From Acidiferrobacter sp. (lineage in GTDB: Bacteria; Pseudomonadota; Gammaproteobacteria; Acidiferrobacterales; Acidiferrobacteraceae), in contig DAIDMD010000050.1 of the NCBI GenBank assembly GCA_027449165.1, forward strand, positions 2,792 to 66,791: a stretch of DNA of 64,000 nt. The letters run 5' to 3'. Of the stretch, positions 60,678 through 64,000 are shown in pieces (the first letter of the stretch is position 1; each line of letters starts with the position of its first letter). Both the position numbers and the translations under genes were made by a program. The notes beneath the pieces are model-generated. The model saw only the letters and a program-made list of their open reading frames with translations. It searched no databases and was not told the DNA's origin.

Positions 60678-63175
60678 GCCGAGAGATCACGTTCGCGGTC
60701 GGCGGGATGACCTGCGCGTCGTGCGTGGCACGCGTCGAGCGGGCCCTGAAGGCGCTGCCGGGGGTCGAGTCGGTGGTCGTGAACCTCGCGACCGAACGCG
60801 CGACGGTCGTCTACGACCCGTCAACGGTCGGACCGATGGTTTTCTCCGAGGCTGTGCGTGCACACGGCTATGAGGCGATCGCCAGGGATCTCGAGATAGC
60901 GGTCGGCGGCATGACCTGCGCATCGTGCTCCGGGCGGGTGGAGCGGGCCCTCAAGGCGCTGCCGGGCGTGATCGAGGCCTCGGTCAACCTGGCTACCGAA
61001 CGCGCCCACGTCCGTTACCTGGAAGGGGCCTTGGATGAGGCGGCTGTGCGCGCAGCGATTACCGAGACAGGTTATCAGCCGCTCGCGGGGCCCGCAGCCG
61101 GGGGCGACGGCGAACGGGACGTGCGCGAGGAGTCGGCCGTGCGGATGCGCCGCGACGTCGAGCGCGCCGGGTTCCTGACCGTGCCGGTCGTCGTGTTGGC
61201 GATGGGGCCGGAGTTCTCGCCGGCGTTCGCGCGGCTTCTTACGCAAGTGGCGCCCCCGGTGGCGTGGGGGTGGCTCGTTGCCGTGTTGACCGCCGTGGTC
61301 TTGTTCGGCCCGGGTCGCCGATTTTTCCGGCCCGGCTGGATCGCCTACCGGCATCTGTCTCCGGATATGAACAGTCTGGTCATGACCGGGACCGGGGCGG
61401 CATTCGCCTATAGTTTTCTCGTGCTTGTCTGGCCGCAGGGCTTCCCGGCCGCGGCGCGTCATCTGTACTTCGATTCGGCGGCGGTCATCGTAACGGTGAT
61501 CCTGCTCGGAAAGTATCTCGAGGAGTTGGCGAAGGGCCGGACGGGGGCGGCCATCAAGAAGCTCGCGGGGCTACAGGCCAAGTTCGCGCGCAGGATTCGT
61601 GGTGGCGCCGAGGAGGAGGTCGCCATCGCCGAGCTTCAGGTCGGGGAGGTCGTGCGGGTGCGCCCGGGCGAGCATATCCCGGTCGACGGTGTCGTGCGGA
61701 CCGGCGAGAGCTACGTCGACGAGTCGATGCTAAGCGGCGAGCCTATGCCGGTAGCCAAACACCCGGGCGACCGGGTGGTCGGCGGTACGGTCAATCAGCA
61801 CGGCGTCTTGGAGATAGAGGCTACCAGCATAGGTGCCGCGACGGTGCTGGCCCAGATCATCCGTTTGGTGTCGCGGGCGCAGGGCTCGAAGCTGCCGATC
61901 CAGAGGCTTGCCGACCAGGTGGTTCTGGTTTTTACGCCAGCGGTCCTCGCGGCCGCATCCGCTGCCTTCGCGGGATGGCTGATCTGGGGGGGCGCGATGG
62001 GGCTTACGATGGCGCTTGTGAGCGCGGTGGCGGTCCTGGTCGTGGCCTGTCCGTGCGCCATGGGGCTCGCGACACCCGCGGCCGTGATGGTCGGTACCGG
62101 GCGCGCCGCGGAGCTGGGCGTGCTGTATCGCAAGGGCGAGGCCCTTGAGGGCTTGAGTCGTGTCGATACGATCGTGTTCGACAAGACCGGCACCTTGACT
62201 TGGGGCCGGCCGACCGTGACCGACGTGGTTACGCGGGATATGGCGCGTGCCGACCTGCTGCGTTTGGCTGGCGCCGCCGAGGGCGGGAGCGAACACCCGC
62301 TGGCGCTCGCCATCGTGGGAGCCGCCAAGGAGGAGGGCGTGGCGGTGCCGGCGGTTTCGCGGTTTGAGGCGCGCCCCGGGTACGGGATCGCGGCCGAGGT
62401 CGACGGCCGGCGCCTGTTGGCCGGTACGCGTCGCCTGATCACGGAGGCCGGCATTGATCTGGGGGGCTGGGAGACCGTGGCGCGCGCTCTGGAGAACGAT
62501 GGGAAGACCGTGGTTTTCGTGGCCCAAGGGGAGGCCGTACGCGGCCTGATCGCAGTTGCGGACGCCGTGCGGCCGCAGGCGCGGGCGGTGGTGCGCGGCT
62601 TGCGGGAGCGGGGGCTTGCGGTCGTGATGATCTCCGGGGATGCGGAGCCGGCCGTGGCGCGTTTGGCCGATACGCTCGGTATTGCCCAGTACCATGCGGA
62701 GGTCTTGCCGGAGGCCAAGGCGCAGGCCGTGGAGGCCTTGCAGGGCGAGGGGCGCAAGGTCGCGTTCGTCGGCGATGGCCTAAACGATGCGCCGGCGCTC
62801 GCGCAGGCAGACGTGGGGATAGCGGTGGCGAGCGGTACCGACGTGGCGATGGAGGCGGCCGACGTGACGGTCAAGGGCCCGCTTGGAACGGTTGTCGTGG
62901 CGGTGGATCTCTCACGGCGCACGCTCGCCACGATCCGGGGGAACCTCTTTTGGGCCTTCTTCTACAACATCGTCTTGATCCCGCTTGCCGCCGGTGCGTT
63001 TTATCCGTCCTTTGGAATCCATTTGAATCCGATGCTGGCCGGCTTAGCCATGGGCTTTTCCAGCATCTTCGTCCTGGCAAACAGCCTGCGTCTGCGGCGT
63101 TTTAGGGCAGCGGCATTCGGCGACGATGGCGTGGCCGGATCGGCCTTGCCAATGCCCGAGCCGCAGCATTCGTGA
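60674..63175 (+). CDS. copA: Cu(I)-translocating P1B-1 ATPase
   Basis: Two GMTCASC domains, CPC, DKTGTLT, HP, GDGLND, YN and MGFSS. Confidence 0.95.
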   Translation: MSREITFAVGGMTCASCVARVERALKALPGVESVVVNLATERATVVYDPSTVGPMVFSEAVRAHGYEAIARDLEIAVGGMTCASCSGRVERALKALPGVIEASVNLATERAHVRYLEGALDEAAVRAAITETGYQPLAGPAAGGDGERDVREESAVRMRRDVERAGFLTVPVVVLAMGPEFSPAFARLLTQVAPPVAWGWLVAVLTAVVLFGPGRRFFRPGWIAYRHLSPDMNSLVMTGTGAAFAYSFLVLVWPQGFPAAARHLYFDSAAVIVTVILLGKYLEELAKGRTGAAIKKLAGLQAKFARRIRGGAEEEVAIAELQVGEVVRVRPGEHIPVDGVVRTGESYVDESMLSGEPMPVAKHPGDRVVGGTVNQHGVLEIEATSIGAATVLAQIIRLVSRAQGSKLPIQRLADQVVLVFTPAVLAAASAAFAGWLIWGGAMGLTMALVSAVAVLVVACPCAMGLATPAAVMVGTGRAAELGVLYRKGEALEGLSRVDTIVFDKTGTLTWGRPTVTDVVTRDMARADLLRLAGAAEGGSEHPLALAIVGAAKEEGVAVPAVSRFEARPGYGIAAEVDGRRLLAGTRRLITEAGIDLGGWETVARALENDGKTVVFVAQGEAVRGLIAVADAVRPQARAVVRGLRERGLAVVMISGDAEPAVARLADTLGIAQYHAEVLPEAKAQAVEALQGEGRKVAFVGDGLNDAPALAQADVGIAVASGTDVAMEAADVTVKGPLGTVVVAVDLSRRTLATIRGNLFWAFFYNIVLIPLAAGAFYPSFGIHLNPMLAGLAMGFSSIFVLANSLRLRRFRAAAFGDDGVAGSALPMPEPQHS

Positions 63176-63243
63176 GAGTGCCCCGAAAGGCACCCGCTTG
63201 CTGTCGCGATGCAACCAACCCATACACCAGAAAGGAGAAGACT

Positions 63244-63447
63244 ATGAGCGTCACGACTTTGCATATTACGGGGATGACCTGCGGCCACTGCGTGGCGGCA
63301 GTCACCAAGGCCCTGCAGGCCGTGGGTGGCGTCGAATCCGCGCAGGTGAGTCTCGAGCGGCAAGAGGCGATCGTCAAGGGTAACGCGCCGGCCGATCAGC
63401 TCGTCAGGGCGGTCGAAGGAGAGGGCTACAAGGCCAAAGTGGTTTGA
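63244..63447 (+). CDS. copZ: Copper chaperone CopZ
   Basis: GMTCGHCV HMA domain, SD AAGGAG. Confidence 0.92.
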   Translation: MSVTTLHITGMTCGHCVAAVTKALQAVGGVESAQVSLERQEAIVKGNAPADQLVRAVEGEGYKAKVV

Positions 63448-64000
63448 CCGCAAGGCCCGCCCCGGCGGGGCCCAGGGTGCGCCTCTGAGGCGGTGCCCGG
63501 CCTTTTTAATGCTTGCACCGAGTATACCGACTGCGGTGTTGTGCAGGTGGCCCACTGCGCAAGCCGACCTATAGGGTACAGACCAGCGATCATCCAGCCG
63601 GTAGCGATGCCCCGGGCGGCTGGCGGTGGGAGCGGGGACCAAGCGCTCGGGGGCGGGCAGCGCCTCGATGTTGGACACGGTAGCCGCGTCTTGAGACGGC
63701 TTGGGCGCGGGCCCGTCGAGGCCGGGTCCCGGGGCTGGCGCCGGGACAGACAGTGCCTGATGTTTTCCTCTCGACAACGCCGGGTCAAGGCATTCATGTC
63801 GGGAGTGCGCGTCACTGCGTATCGATCTTGAAGCGCCGTAATGGGGCGGCTAGGCCTTTGTATGGGAAGTCCACAACCGCGCGGATACGTCACGGGGCGA
63901 CCTTGCTGATGGCGTTTTCGAGCGGCTGGCCTGATGATGAACATCGGGCCGCGGCAAACGACATGTGATCTCGCGTCCTTGCAGCGCCATTCGCAGTGGG

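Noticed and set aside
176-63000. Many long antisense or alternate-frame ORFs (e.g. 11477-13837, 24364-26502, 49693-51330, 3894-5696)
   Set aside because: Shadow ORFs expected from high GC; they overlap well-supported genes and lack family motifs
60002-63520. 9-bp direct repeat cttgcaccg flanking merR-copA-copZ, as a possible target-site duplication
   Set aside because: Short enough to arise by chance; no transposase or inverted repeats
63513-63544. Second MerR-like dyad after copZ (TTGCAC...CACCGAGT/ACTGCGGTG)
   Set aside because: No acceptable -10 box and no credible downstream gene in the window

Overview
GC-rich chromosome segment of a chemolithoautotrophic, sulfur-oxidising gammaproteobacterium; gene content and basic exported proteins suggest an acidophile such as Acidiferrobacter (inference only). 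Layout: (1) 1-5.3 kb housekeeping run prfB (+1 frameshift)-lysS-miaA-hfq-hflX. (2) 5.4-8.4 kb GlxA/AraC regulator, cysteine hydrolase, GNAT and methyltransferase genes. (3) 8.4-29 kb complete alpha-carboxysome superlocus: cbbR, cbbLS, csoS2 (with a -1 frameshift signal), csoSCA, csoS4AB, two csoS1, bfr-like, acRAF, mcdAB, cbbO, a DAB inorganic-carbon pump with an extra membrane subunit and a PII-like gene, cbbQ, csoS1D, Nudix. (4) pirin and tRNA-Lys(CTT), then a lower-GC accessory region (about 30.4-47.2 kb) with IS1634/IS66/IS630/IS4/IS110 debris, elaB-yqjE-yqjK, hemD-like and a sulfur module: dsrE2-tusA, a Cys-bearing TetR, an orphan PhnD-like binding protein, two exported DsrE-like proteins, an altered ModA-like protein and soxY-soxZ-DUF302-soxB without soxXA. 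(5) 47-64 kb MFS, yeaG-yeaH-ycgB, srkA, gor, Prx5-Grx, ECF sigma/anti-sigma, DsbG-like and a MerR-copA-copZ copper locus. Best novel-system candidate: the sulfur module, whose cytoplasmic and periplasmic arms share a palindromic TetR-type operator. All calls rest on motif recognition by eye; no searches were run.
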